Of a stretch of DNA of 64,000 bases, positions 18,733-28,293 are shown piece by piece. Numbering within the stretch: position 1 is the stretch's first letter; every line of letters starts with the position of its first letter. The notes beneath the pieces are model-generated. The model was given only the letters and a program-made list of their open reading frames with translations, searched no databases and was not told where the DNA came from. The stretch spans positions 1-64,000 of IMG/VR virus record IMGVR_UViG_3300013902_000009. One strand, 5' to 3'. Source of the stretch: a virus. Lineage: Duplodnaviria; Caudoviricetes. A program made the position numbers and the translations under genes.

Positions 18733-19930
18733 CGTAATCCATTTCGTTTATGTATTCCTTGTCTATGCCTTCAAGGGCTTTCTTTAGGTATTCCTCGTCG
18801 CGAGTCTGCTTGAAATACAATATGTATATCTCTGGTTCCTCGCTGCGGAGTATCCGCCCTAATTTTTGACAGAAACCTCTCTCGTTGCCGTCAAGCTGGA
18901 TAATCATTCCTTTCTCTATATCAGGCAGGTTCTGACCTTCTGAAAGCATACCTACAGCATACAAGGAGTTTGTCTTTCCCTTATTGAAGTCGTCTATGAG
19001 CGATTGTGATGCATCTTTCTTTGAGTGTATAGCGTTTTTGCCACCAAGCATATCTGCCTGTAGGATATCTCCACAGAAGACTATATGACGATAATCTTTA
19101 AGAAACCTATCTATGATTGCCTTAGCATATTTTGTCTTACGTTCGGCAAGAAAACGCTTGCGCTCGCTTCCGCAGTGAAGCCACATATTTTTTACAGCTT
19201 CATTCTTTGTGGCTATATATCTTTTCTTGAGATACTCAAACCTCTCGCACAGATAGGCGTATTTAGCCCACTCGCTGCATTTGACTGTTAATTCAAGGTC
19301 TGGATACTTAGTCTTGTTTTTGATATATTCCCACCTGTCCTTAGATTCGCATATAAACTTCTTGCGCTTCTTTGAGTTGCCGCGGGTAACAACATACGTC
19401 TGGTCGTTACCGGATAGGTTTAGTCGAAGAGGTATAACGTTAATCCTAGGTTTTGGCAATATATCCCAGTCTATAGCCTGTCTCAAGGTTATGTTGAACT
19501 CATAGAAGTCACCAAACAGCTCTTTCAAGGCATACCTTGTCTCGTTATTTACGGTTGCGCTTAAGGCTATAACCGAGTCTGACTTGATTGTCTCAAGACA
19601 GTCAACCCTTATGTCTGTGGCTATATGGTGGCACTCGTCAAGCACAAGCACATCCCAAGAGGTGTTCTTGTACTTCTTAAGAGAGGCGTAACAAATAACC
19701 TCAACCTCAACCAAAGGCCTGTTGAAGCCCCACTTCTGGAACTCCCTCCGCCAGTTGTTAATATGCGCCACCTCAGCCGTGCATATCAAAGCCTTTCCTT
19801 GACTAATAGACGATATCTTGTTTATCGCCTGTTTTGTCTTGCCGCAGCCTGTAGCCCATGTATATAGTATATTTTTATGGAGCGACATCAATCTAATTGA
19901 CTCGCTCTCAATTTCCTGTCTATTCATCAT
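18710..19930 (-). CDS. superfamily 2 (DExH) helicase
   Basis: ATGCGKT, LDECHH, LSAT, EGQNLP, QKLGRILR. Confidence 0.9.
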   Translation of the reverse strand: MMNRQEIESESIRLMSLHKNILYTWATGCGKTKQAINKISSISQGKALICTAEVAHINNWRREFQKWGFNRPLVEVEVICYASLKKYKNTSWDVLVLDECHHIATDIRVDCLETIKSDSVIALSATVNNETRYALKELFGDFYEFNITLRQAIDWDILPKPRINVIPLRLNLSGNDQTYVVTRGNSKKRKKFICESKDRWEYIKNKTKYPDLELTVKCSEWAKYAYLCERFEYLKKRYIATKNEAVKNMWLHCGSERKRFLAERKTKYAKAIIDRFLKDYRHIVFCGDILQADMLGGKNAIHSKKDASQSLIDDFNKGKTNSLYAVGMLSEGQNLPDIEKGMIIQLDGNERGFCQKLGRILRSEEPEIYILYFKQTRDEEYLKKALEGIDKEYINEMDYDEICNRH

Positions 19931-20276
19931 GTTTAAATATCCTTTTGATGAATCTCCAGAACTTTACAAATACATTTGGTCTGAAAGGTTCATAATCCTC
20001 GATGTTAAAGAGTATTTTCTCTGACATGTCAGGTAACGTAGCATTTACTGTCGTGTGTGACGTAAAGGTATTACCATCTGTTTTGTTTGTATCAAGCTCA
20101 TTAACATTTATCTTTCCTGACTTGATAAGGTTGTAACGTTTTCTTGCTGCCTCTCTCGTTCTATGCGGATGGCTTTCAAGAAAGCTATCAAGGCCTTTTC
20201 CGTTTCTTTCTTGAATAAGAGTATAGAGACACATCATCTCCTCTATAGTCCATCTTGTTCTTATTTTTGTTTCCAT
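19920..20276 (-). CDS. Myb/HTH-like hypothetical protein
   Basis: RWTIEE...HRTREAARKRY pattern. Confidence 0.55.
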   Translation of the reverse strand: METKIRTRWTIEEMMCLYTLIQERNGKGLDSFLESHPHRTREAARKRYNLIKSGKINVNELDTNKTDGNTFTSHTTVNATLPDMSEKILFNIEDYEPFRPNVFVKFWRFIKRIFKHDE

Positions 20277-20288
20277 TGTTTGAATAAA

Positions 20289-20471
20289 TTAATAATTAAT
20301 GTTAAAGTCATCGTATAATCCGCACTCGATGAGTTTCTCACCGTAATGCTTACTGTTATATTCTCTAACTTCATCTTTGAGATTATCAATGTTTTTTATC
20401 TCAATGTTTTCGGTACGCGTTATAATGTCAATACCTTTCCTTGATTTGGTTATGATCTTAACCCTTTGCAT
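20289..20471 (-). CDS. hypothetical protein
   Basis: 60-aa ORF in operon. Confidence 0.6.
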   Translation of the reverse strand: MQRVKIITKSRKGIDIITRTENIEIKNIDNLKDEVREYNSKHYGEKLIECGLYDDFNINY

Positions 20472-20817
20472 AGCATTCCTGTTTTAGCTTATCAACAACC
20501 TCGTCTAAACAACTTGCAAGCAGGTAACACCTTATGGTTACATCGCAATATTCACCATTCCAAACACGCTCATTATCAACACCAAACTCTTGGAAAGCCT
20601 CTTGCAGCAAATCAAGATTATGGCACACATTCTCCTCTGCTTCCCAAGAATTGAATGTATAACTTCCGGAGGCGTTGCCAGTCACGGAGTCATCCATAAA
20701 CAGATTGTCATATAATGCGTCATAATCGAAGTCTTTGGAGTTGACATCAATATTGTTATACTCCATATAACTTCTGATGTCGCTTATTATGTTTGCTTTG
20801 TAATCGTATCTATCCAT
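20458..20817 (-). CDS. acidic hypothetical phage protein
   Basis: DDSVTGNASGSY...DVTIRCYLL. Confidence 0.7.
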   Translation of the reverse strand: MDRYDYKANIISDIRSYMEYNNIDVNSKDFDYDALYDNLFMDDSVTGNASGSYTFNSWEAEENVCHNLDLLQEAFQEFGVDNERVWNGEYCDVTIRCYLLASCLDEVVDKLKQECYAKG

Positions 20818-20825
20818 GATGTTTT

Positions 20826-21236
20826 TTATATTTTAAGATTTCTTGCCAAGTCATTCAGTCCTACCAAGCGCAGGGCGTGCTGCAACTCGTGAACGTATTG
20901 TATCGGTTTTACAACTCCACATCTCTCGAAACTAATCTCGGTCATACGTGGCTCGTCATTATATCTGAGCGATACCGCCACATACCACGTCTTACCCTCG
21001 TCGAGATATAGGACATATCCGCGCTTTACCTCTTCGTCAAATTCAAATCCGTTAGCCAACAAGATTTTAGACGTTAGAGGTAAAGGCTTGACATCCTCCT
21101 CCCTGAACGTCTCTATCGTCTTTAAAGGTGACATTATGCCGATAGGCTCATCGTCTTTGAGGCTTAACGACACGACCCTCACAGGGTCTCCTAGGCAACT
21201 CACCCAGTCGCCAATCTGTAATTCCGAAATTTTCAT
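20826..21236 (-). CDS. hypothetical Bacteroidota-phage protein
   Basis: ELQIGDWV...PLPLT..IL..NGF...YVHELQHALRL. Confidence 0.75.
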   Translation of the reverse strand: MKISELQIGDWVSCLGDPVRVVSLSLKDDEPIGIMSPLKTIETFREEDVKPLPLTSKILLANGFEFDEEVKRGYVLYLDEGKTWYVAVSLRYNDEPRMTEISFERCGVVKPIQYVHELQHALRLVGLNDLARNLKI

Positions 21237-21237
21237 G

Positions 21238-21588
21238 CTATTCCTCCCACTCGATTTTAACTGTTGCTACTTGACCCAAACACTCTTTAGCAGCATCCTT
21301 TTCGGTATCATAGATATTTTCTCCTGTCTGATACTCGTCTCCATCTTTATACACATTCACCCAGCCCTCATGCTTTTCTGGCGCAAAGAAAAGGTCAAGA
21401 TTAATCAGATTAGACGAATCTTTCCCGTTTTCCAAGTAGGTGTTTATATGGCAATTGTTACCAATTAGTGCAACAATTGGATATATGCTATTTCTGTCAG
21501 TGCAGAGTATTCGCACATTCAGACCATTTCTTGTAACAACCTTTCTATTAGGATTCTTGAGGTATTCCTCTAAATTAAACTGTACCAT
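21238..21588 (-). CDS. hypothetical Bacteroidota-phage protein
   Basis: FNLEEYLKNP..KVVTRNG..VRILCTD...YPIVAL. Confidence 0.75.
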   Translation of the reverse strand: MVQFNLEEYLKNPNRKVVTRNGLNVRILCTDRNSIYPIVALIGNNCHINTYLENGKDSSNLINLDLFFAPEKHEGWVNVYKDGDEYQTGENIYDTEKDAAKECLGQVATVKIEWEE

Positions 21589-21874
21589 AATTAATTTTAT
21601 CTTGAATTTTATATCTAATATCCCAGAGGAAATTCACATAATCATTTGTTTCTTCAAGTATGTGTTGACTATATTTTGGATTCCTATCACGCAAAACCTC
21701 AAGTTTGTTTTCAAGTTGTATTTTGCCCCAACTGAAAACATCGATTAATTGAAGATTAGCCTTGTCTATATCGGTAGTTTTCAAGCAACTCTCCATCACT
21801 TTTATGACATAATAGCAATCATTAATCCATCCGGATTCAAGCAGAATCTTTCTGGCTTTTTCTTGTTTGTCCAT
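21575..21874 (-). CDS. hypothetical protein
   Basis: 99-aa ORF in operon. Confidence 0.65.
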   Translation of the reverse strand: MDKQEKARKILLESGWINDCYYVIKVMESCLKTTDIDKANLQLIDVFSWGKIQLENKLEVLRDRNPKYSQHILEETNDYVNFLWDIRYKIQDKINYGTV

Positions 21875-21875
21875 A

Positions 21876-22028
21876 TTAATCTTTTAATTCTGGTATTCTT
21901 GTTTGAAAAATCATCTCGACAAACAACTCTAATTCAACAATATCAAGCGAGTCTAATCCATAGCTTCTCAACTTTGCTTCAACCTTGTTAAGACGGTCTT
22001 TAGTGAGTTCAAGTGTTAATATTTCCAT
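21876..22028 (-). CDS. minimal acyl-carrier-protein-like peptide (50 aa)
   Basis: LRSYGLDSLDIVELELFVEMIF..RIP matches the ACP phosphopantetheine-site motif; start MEILT lies 2 nt after the upstream stop. Confidence 0.6.
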   Translation of the reverse strand: MEILTLELTKDRLNKVEAKLRSYGLDSLDIVELELFVEMIFQTRIPELKD

Positions 22029-22030
22029 AT

Positions 22031-22240
22031 TTATTCTTCCATCGCTTTTTTGAATCTTTCCATTCCGCTTTGTTGTACTTTTGAGTCTCTTATCCAGTCG
22101 TCTGGATAACCTATTTCTGCAAGATAATTTGTAAACCAATCAGCCGCCTTATCAATCACCTCTTTACGTGCTTTTTCTACTGCTTCTACGGTATGTGTAG
22201 CCATAAGTAAATCATGAAATATCAATTCGTCTTCCGTCAT
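22031..22240 (-). CDS. hypothetical protein
   Basis: 69 aa, ends IDKAADWF...FKKAMEE. Confidence 0.7.
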   Translation of the reverse strand: MTEDELIFHDLLMATHTVEAVEKARKEVIDKAADWFTNYLAEIGYPDDWIRDSKVQQSGMERFKKAMEE

Positions 22241-22242
22241 AA

Positions 22243-22557
22243 CTATTCATCCATAGCTTTTTGAAAATTAGATATATCGTCGGTGTATTTAAGATTTTTA
22301 ATTAGCCACAACTTTGCTTTTTCAAGCATCCATTCGGAACTATCAATAAAAGCGTCTTCAGTTTCCATTCTGACATTCGCTTCTATCAATGGTGAGATAG
22401 GCATAGTGATTCCTATTTTGGGAACTACTTGCTTAATAACATATTCTTTCGCCTTGTCTTCAATACCGTTCTTAGCGTTAATCGCTTTAAGAACTCTTTC
22501 GCCATTATCCATTGCTTTTTGCGCAAACCCGTCCATACGCTTAAAAAAATCTTCCAT
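22243..22557 (-). CDS. hypothetical protein
   Basis: 104 aa, ends LEKAKLWL...FQKAMDE. Confidence 0.7.
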   Translation of the reverse strand: MEDFFKRMDGFAQKAMDNGERVLKAINAKNGIEDKAKEYVIKQVVPKIGITMPISPLIEANVRMETEDAFIDSSEWMLEKAKLWLIKNLKYTDDISNFQKAMDE

Positions 22558-22559
22558 GA

Positions 22560-22709
22560 CTATTTGTCTTTATAACCAATCATTTCAAGATACTCATCAA
22601 CACTTATTTTGCACTCTATACTCTTACGAATTTCTTCATCGAGTGCTTTTTGTTCCTCTGGAGTCATCCTATCAAGACTCTCTTTAAGTTGTTTAACGTA
22701 ATCTTTCAT
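22560..22709 (-). CDS. small hypothetical protein (49 aa)
   Basis: MKDYVKQLKESLDRMTPEEQ...; fills the gap exactly. Confidence 0.6.
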   Translation of the reverse strand: MKDYVKQLKESLDRMTPEEQKALDEEIRKSIECKISVDEYLEMIGYKDK

Positions 22710-23293
22710 TATAGCAACGGTTTAGCGGTTTTCAACAAATCTTTGAAAGTGTTAATAAATTCTTGAGCAACATCTTTGCTATAAAAGGATAATCCATTTG
22801 TATTATCTCCAACAACCATTATAGTGAGACTATTATGAATAGTTGTTATTCTAGCAAATGTAACGCAATCGGTACAATCCTTTACCCAAGCATTCCTCAA
22901 CTGAATGAGTTTCATATATGCCACAAATGCCTCACAGAGTTCCTTTGACATAATATTAGCACTAGTTGCTGCTTTTCTATCTCCAACACCTGCTGAATCC
23001 TGAATCTCGCAATCTACATCAATCCAACATTCAGACCCATCTAAAGGATTCTGCTCGCAATATTCCTCCCAAGACATTGGCTTATTGTTGGAGTTGTACC
23101 ATTTTCGATATTCTTCATCACGAGGCTTCCATGTAAGCTCCCTATGCGATATGTTATGCCAATCAAAGGCATATCTGATGAAATTTCCATTATAACAGAT
23201 TATCTTACTGTCATCCTTGAAAAACTCTTCGTAAAACTCATTCTTCCAAGGCTGTTTGTCAAGCCATTCAAGTATTTGCTCTTTTGTTTTCAT
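22709..23293 (-). CDS. hypothetical protein
   Basis: 194 aa, ends LSF.SKDVAQEFINTFKDLL..AKPLL. Confidence 0.75.
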   Translation of the reverse strand: MKTKEQILEWLDKQPWKNEFYEEFFKDDSKIICYNGNFIRYAFDWHNISHRELTWKPRDEEYRKWYNSNNKPMSWEEYCEQNPLDGSECWIDVDCEIQDSAGVGDRKAATSANIMSKELCEAFVAYMKLIQLRNAWVKDCTDCVTFARITTIHNSLTIMVVGDNTNGLSFYSKDVAQEFINTFKDLLKTAKPLL

Positions 23294-23295
23294 GA

Positions 23296-23685
23296 TTATC
23301 TTTCGTTTTTAGTCCTCCAATACCAACTCAACTTCTTATCCTCTTCCTCATTATAATTGAATTTTTCATTCAAGGATTGCATATTGAATTGTTTTGAGGT
23401 GTTAAGGTTATACAAACCTCTGTGAATCGCTTTATCAGCCAACTCTACTGTTAACCTTTTCTTTGACTTTGGTTTCTCAAGATTGAGAATCAAATCAAGA
23501 ATACTTGTGTTTGACTCAGTAAGCCTGTCCTTCAAATCATTGTTGTTATGCTCTATACACTTCATGTATAGGTTAAATACTCTGTGTGAATCAAGTTTGC
23601 CTTTAATCATCAAATAGAGTATAGCATAATCTATCTCCTCGTTTGTCTTTTTAAGCAATTCGTTTAGAAGTTCAAATATATTCAT
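23296..23685 (-). CDS. hypothetical protein
   Basis: 129-aa ORF in operon. Confidence 0.7.
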   Translation of the reverse strand: MNIFELLNELLKKTNEEIDYAILYLMIKGKLDSHRVFNLYMKCIEHNNNDLKDRLTESNTSILDLILNLEKPKSKKRLTVELADKAIHRGLYNLNTSKQFNMQSLNEKFNYNEEEDKKLSWYWRTKNER

Positions 23686-23687
23686 AA

Positions 23688-23852
23688 CTATTTCTTTAAT
23701 TCTTCGATAAGAGCATCAGCAAGCTCAATGGCATCTACTGCAAATTGGTGAGGAGTGCCACTGTTGATTCTGTCATTTGAATTTGAAAGATACGCTGCAA
23801 GCACATCCTTTGCAATCTCATACCTGCGCTGCTCCCAGTTAATACTATCCAT
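23688..23852 (-). CDS. small hypothetical phage protein (54 aa)
   Basis: MDSINWEQRRYEIAKDVL...ADALIEELKK. Confidence 0.75.
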   Translation of the reverse strand: MDSINWEQRRYEIAKDVLAAYLSNSNDRINSGTPHQFAVDAIELADALIEELKK

Positions 23853-23858
23853 ATAACT

Positions 23859-24050
23859 CTAAATTTCTACTGGTTCATCCTCCCAAGTGATATGTCTTCC
23901 AATTAACTTTTCATCAGCATCGGAGGGAAGTTCAATAAAATCTGTGATTTCTCCATAAAAGGGAATCCATACCGTCCTTGAAACACACCTTTCCGGCATA
24001 TCGTCGAAAATACATAAATTGAGATTTCCATCTCTTGCTATCCATGCCAT
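23859..24050 (-). CDS. hypothetical protein
   Basis: MAWIARD...ITWEDEPVEI. Confidence 0.75.
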   Translation of the reverse strand: MAWIARDGNLNLCIFDDMPERCVSRTVWIPFYGEITDFIELPSDADEKLIGRHITWEDEPVEI

Positions 24051-24052
24051 AA

Positions 24053-24205
24053 TTAATCCTCCTCAATGATTGATAAAATATCTTTTTCAGACAATCTATA
24101 GTACATTTGTATCGTTTTTTGTGCTATTTCAGCGTTGTTAGCCTCTATTTTACGAAACATTATTTCATTTCTTAACGGACTAAAAAATTTTACTATATAA
24201 TTCAT
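24053..24205 (-). CDS. small hypothetical protein (50 aa)
   Basis: MNYIVKFFSPLRNE...; fills the gap. Confidence 0.55.
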   Translation of the reverse strand: MNYIVKFFSPLRNEIMFRKIEANNAEIAQKTIQMYYRLSEKDILSIIEED

Positions 24206-24208
24206 ATC

Positions 24209-24487
24209 CTAATCTTCTTTAATTTTTGTCAATACATAAGTAGTATCACTCTGCTCTCCAATAGTAGTTACCTTGTATTCGAGAGTGTATTCAGTTGCTG
24301 AATATTCATAAGATTTATTTTTCTCTGAAGATAAATCTAATATTCCGACAAATGAGCATATTAACCCAAATACAGAAAAAATAGCAAGTATTGCAAAACC
24401 ATCTGTTTCTATTATTGAATATACAAGACCAGCAAAAGAAATCAAGCCTATTATTATACAAATCCAAATCATGATTAATTCTCCCAA
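24209..24487 (-). CDS. small membrane protein
   Basis: Two hydrophobic helices. Confidence 0.7.
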   Translation of the reverse strand: MGELIMIWICIIIGLISFAGLVYSIIETDGFAILAIFSVFGLICSFVGILDLSSEKNKSYEYSATEYTLEYKVTTIGEQSDTTYVLTKIKED

Positions 24488-24972
24488 TATCTGTAATACT
24501 CCGGAGCCTCATCACACGTACCAATAAGATGCTTGGTGTCGTCGTTGTAAGGGATGACTCGACTATACGCTTGGTCAGATACCGTAATTATCTTTTTTAG
24601 CCACCTATCAAAATAACTAATAAAGGTTGGTATCCAACAATCTTCATCATCCTCTCTTACCAGCACCTTGTCGAACGGCTCAAACGTCTTCGGGTTAAAA
24701 CGTTCAACCTTTGGCTTTAGATTCTTCCAAGTAGACCAGTCACGGTTATCTTTGGAGGGAAACAATAGGCATTCATCACCTAAAGTGGAGATTGTTCCAT
24801 TAGCGAAAAATGTCTCATTACAGATTATATTTACCTCTCCGACATAATCGATTGTTATGAATTTGTCATCAACCGAATATAAACTACATACACCATAAAG
24901 CGGCGTATATAATTTAGTCCCTTTCGGGCAATCTTTGAGAATCTCGCAGAGATTCAATTCTTTATCATTCAT
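24475..24972 (-). CDS. hypothetical Bacteroidota-phage protein
   Basis: EILKDCPKGTKLY...LFPSKDNRDW...FEPFDKVLVR. Confidence 0.8.
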   Translation of the reverse strand: MNDKELNLCEILKDCPKGTKLYTPLYGVCSLYSVDDKFITIDYVGEVNIICNETFFANGTISTLGDECLLFPSKDNRDWSTWKNLKPKVERFNPKTFEPFDKVLVREDDEDCWIPTFISYFDRWLKKIITVSDQAYSRVIPYNDDTKHLIGTCDEAPEYYRYWEN

Positions 24973-24974
24973 AA

Positions 24975-25271
24975 CTATAAACTTATTTTATAACCAATCT
25001 CCCTATAACTTATAGGATGCCTCGCCACGCCAACCCGGAAACCTTGAGTTTTTAAGTATTCCTTTATAGCCTGCAACTGCTTCTCGCTGCTACACTCGAT
25101 GTTGTAGGAGCCGTAAGATATAGAAGCGGGACTCATACCTCTTCCGTAGTATAGTATCTCCGAGTAGCCTCCGTTATTTTTAATTCCGTTGGTTACCGTC
25201 TTGATAACCTTATCCTTGTCAAACAGATTGCTGTTAACAAGCTCCTGCCTTAGTTGTTCAGCCGCATTCAT
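24975..25271 (-). CDS. hypothetical protein
   Basis: Likely start MNAAEQLRQ. Confidence 0.65.
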   Translation of the reverse strand: MNAAEQLRQELVNSNLFDKDKVIKTVTNGIKNNGGYSEILYYGRGMSPASISYGSYNIECSSEKQLQAIKEYLKTQGFRVGVARHPISYREIGYKISL

Positions 25272-25367
25272 ATTCTCTCTTTTATTCTTTTTATTGTTTA
25301 ACTTATTCTTCACTCTATAAATTTTTGCATCAAACTTGTTCTCCGGTTCCTCTCTCAATGTCTTACA

Positions 25368-25961
25368 TTATTTGTATCTGTTTATAATTTTACTCCTCAT
25401 AGATTCGTATAAAAGAAGATTGTTGTATTCTTTTATTATCCTTGTCTGATACGCATCAGACTTGTTATGATAATAAATAGTCTTGATGAAGTCTCCGTCG
25501 GGATTGTGGTGATTCTGCAATATGTCAAACATCTCAAGCGACTTGTCAACGTCATGCGCGTCTGAAAGGGTGTATTTGTCATAACCGAGTATGCGGTTGA
25601 CCTCATCGACATAAATCTGACGTATCTGCAGGATGCCGGTGTCGCCCTGTTTGCCTTCCGCTTCGGGGTTGAAGTTGGACTCAACCGACATAATAGACAG
25701 GATAAGCAGTTCCCGCCCCGAAAGAGAAGGATAGATGTGTACTGTATCTTTCTGACAATCACACGATGCATCCGCATCTCCCGAACGCATCCCTATATAG
25801 GCGCAACACTGCATCAGGAACATAATGAAGCAAAACAACAGAACGACTTCGAATTTGCCTCCTATGTCACATCTGTTTCTTGCCATACAATAAACCAGCC
25901 CTCCCAGCGACACCATCGAAAGCGAGAAGAACACTATTATAGATATCGACAATGTCTCCAT
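25368..25961 (-). CDS. membrane-anchored lysozyme-fold (SLT/destabilase-like) protein
   Basis: Two TM helices, then IMSVESNFNPEA...GILQI catalytic-Glu motif. Confidence 0.75.
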   Translation of the reverse strand: METLSISIIVFFSLSMVSLGGLVYCMARNRCDIGGKFEVVLLFCFIMFLMQCCAYIGMRSGDADASCDCQKDTVHIYPSLSGRELLILSIMSVESNFNPEAEGKQGDTGILQIRQIYVDEVNRILGYDKYTLSDAHDVDKSLEMFDILQNHHNPDGDFIKTIYYHNKSDAYQTRIIKEYNNLLLYESMRSKIINRYK

Positions 25962-25963
25962 AA

Positions 25964-26329
25964 TCAGAAAAGTATAGTGGACTTGTTGTCGTTATACACG
26001 CGCATCGGTATCGTCTCGCACATAATGTAAGACCAGTTAAGCCCCGAAGGCACATACCATTCACGCCTATAGATATGCCAGCCTTTGTCTTTGATTGTCC
26101 TCAACGCCAAATCAAAGGCGTCTTTGGTAATGTTATGCCACTCCTTTATCGGTGTCTTTCCGGAACCCATATCTGGCCTGCCGAAAACAACTTTGTCGTC
26201 AAGTTTTTTGCTGACGGTATTTGAATGGCACTTATACATCTCCCTCTCGTTGTAGAACGCCTCACATATAAGCGAAGCCACAGCTTCCGTATCCTTGACG
26301 GAAGACTTGTTGATTGGTAACTCAAACAT
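25964..26329 (-). CDS. hypothetical protein
   Basis: Likely start MFELPI, downstream of the terminator. Confidence 0.65.
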   Translation of the reverse strand: MFELPINKSSVKDTEAVASLICEAFYNEREMYKCHSNTVSKKLDDKVVFGRPDMGSGKTPIKEWHNITKDAFDLALRTIKDKGWHIYRREWYVPSGLNWSYIMCETIPMRVYNDNKSTILF

Positions 26330-26356
26330 AATATAAAGATAATGATTTTGATGTCT

Positions 26357-26393
26357 AAAAAAAATCCCCCTCAAGGTAAAACCTCAAGGGGGA
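26357..26393 (-). terminator. intrinsic terminator
   Basis: G/C-rich imperfect stem followed by U8 on the minus strand. Confidence 0.7.
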
Positions 26394-26849
26394 ATTGTCA
26401 AACAACTAACTAATTATAAAAAACAAGAACCGGCAAAGAATATAACGGTTTTGTTATATCGAAGATTAAAGATATCGAGTTAAAATTGCTAAAAACCAGA
26501 ACTCATAACTGACGGAACGGTAAGATTATTATAACCTACTATTGTAATCTACTCACATTAGCTATTTAACATCATATAACTTCATTACTGAACTTAAGGT
26601 AGGCCTTAAATGTTAACACCTTTGGTTAATCTATATTAATCGTGTCTAGAATTAATTAATATTGGTTAACAAATAGATGGATATCTTTAATCTATAAGGT
26701 AAAGGATGCAGAATATAAAAACTTACCATACACGCTATGATGTATTCAGATTATGGCTAAATTGTGCGTCTCCGGCTTGACTTAGTATTGCGGTACTTAA
26801 GTAACCAAGATTAACTTGGCTTTTTTTATTATGTATCCAGTTTTTCTTG

Positions 26850-26923
26850 TAGCCACTACAGGACTTGAACCTGTAACCTCGAAGGTATAAGCTTCTTGCG
26901 CTAACCAATTGCGCCAAGTGGCT
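26850..26923 (-). tRNA. tRNA-Ile(UAU)
   Basis: Acceptor AGCCACU/AGUGGCU, D-arm GCGC/GCGC, anticodon loop CU-UAU-AC, T-arm ACAGG-UUCAAGU-CCUGU. Confidence 0.9.
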
Positions 26924-27037
26924 ATGAGTAATCAAGAGTAAATAAGGTTGTAATTAAATGCAGACGCCATACAAACTTGATTTTAGTTTAACTTAAATTT
27001 ATTGATTAAACCTATATTTACTCTTGATTCGTTTATA

Positions 27038-27418
27038 TTAATCTTCAAATACGTTATATGTAAATGATGTACCGTTTAAGGAATGACATATACGAGCTAA
27101 ATGTAGCTCAAGACGTTCTTTGGTGGATTTTTTAATCCAATCATAAGGATTTTTAAACCAATACGGTTTCTGTCTTGATGTAAACTCCTCATAAGCTTCC
27201 TCTGTCATATTGATGCGTTGACTACAAGGTATATACTCGTAATCGTTTGAGGTGTACTTACCCTTTCTAAGGATTTTTGCACCTTCGTGAGGATCTAATT
27301 TTTCTTTTGATACATCTTGTTTTGTAATAATCCATTCCTTCCTTGATTTTCCTACAAGGTGACGGGTAGCGCCCGGAATACCTAGTATTGTGACGCTTAA
27401 TTTAATATTGTTACTCAT
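27038..27418 (-). CDS. hypothetical protein
   Basis: 126 aa with its own promoter. Confidence 0.75.
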   Translation of the reverse strand: MSNNIKLSVTILGIPGATRHLVGKSRKEWIITKQDVSKEKLDPHEGAKILRKGKYTSNDYEYIPCSQRINMTEEAYEEFTSRQKPYWFKNPYDWIKKSTKERLELHLARICHSLNGTSFTYNVFED

Positions 27419-27455
27419 TATAATAATGTTTGAGGATTAATGTCCTCTTTGATTG

Positions 27456-27463
27456 CAAAGTTA
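27456..27463 (-). promoter_or_regulatory. Bacteroidota -7 element TAACTTTG
   Basis: TAACTTTGCAATC, the same 13-mer as at 60705. Confidence 0.65.
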
Positions 27464-27465
27464 AT

Positions 27466-27500
27466 AAAAAAACCTTTCGCATTTCACAACGAGAAAGGTT
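27466..27500 (-). terminator. intrinsic terminator
   Basis: AACCTTTC/GAAAGGTT stem followed by a U-tract. Confidence 0.65.
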
Positions 27501-28102
27501 AATTATCCCATAAAACAAGAACCATTGAAAATTTGATTCTATACGCACGTTGTATCTCTACAACTATATGTGCGTAATCAATAACATAACACTTATGAAA
27601 CACTTGATATCGTTGGCTTCAACTAGACTACAATAAGCAAGATGTAAAGACATTTAGAATAAATCTAGTTTACTGGACCTTAAAACCACGTTGAGGTGAT
27701 ATCTATTAAGGATAATAAAACACTTTAAAGATATAAAAATAATTGAATGATTGGTGCGAATAATAAGTTATTCTTATATCTAAAAAGTGCTTTATCAGTT
27801 ATTATTCCGTGCATTTTTGGATTAAATCTTCTCAGATAGGAGTGGGTAAAAACAAGAAGAGGTTGATAATCAATGAGTTACAGGAAACTTTTTTAGTCAA
27901 ACGAGTTTCCATGGAAACTCTGATAAATTAGAAAGTTTCCAATTTTAATCGTTTTAACTATAAGATTTCCTTATCGAATAATAAGATATTATTAATGTTA
28001 AACGATAAGGTTTTTTTATGCCTGTCAACTCCGGTTGTAGAGCGTTTTTGAAGAGTAGTGTTAGAAGAGGTTTTTATCATCCCGTTATTGGGTTTGTCGT
28101 CT

Positions 28103-28293
28103 TGTGTGTATGCGCGTGTACATGCGCGCGCGTGCGCGTATAACTCTAACTAATTCTTTCTCTTTTGGGATTTTCTTTTTTTTCTCTTCTTCTCTTTTTC
28201 TCTTCTTCTTTTCTTTATATTACTTTCTTTTCTTCTTCTCTTTTTCTCTTCTTCTCTTGTGTTTCTTTCCTTTTCTCTTTCTTTCTACTTTTT
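28103..28293. repeat. alternating purine-pyrimidine tract followed by a polypyrimidine tract
   Basis: 28103-28142 is strict Y/R alternation; about 28155-28293 is almost only T/C. Confidence 0.85.

Noticed and set aside
26735-26935. 66-aa ORF
   Set aside because: Overlaps tRNA-Ile
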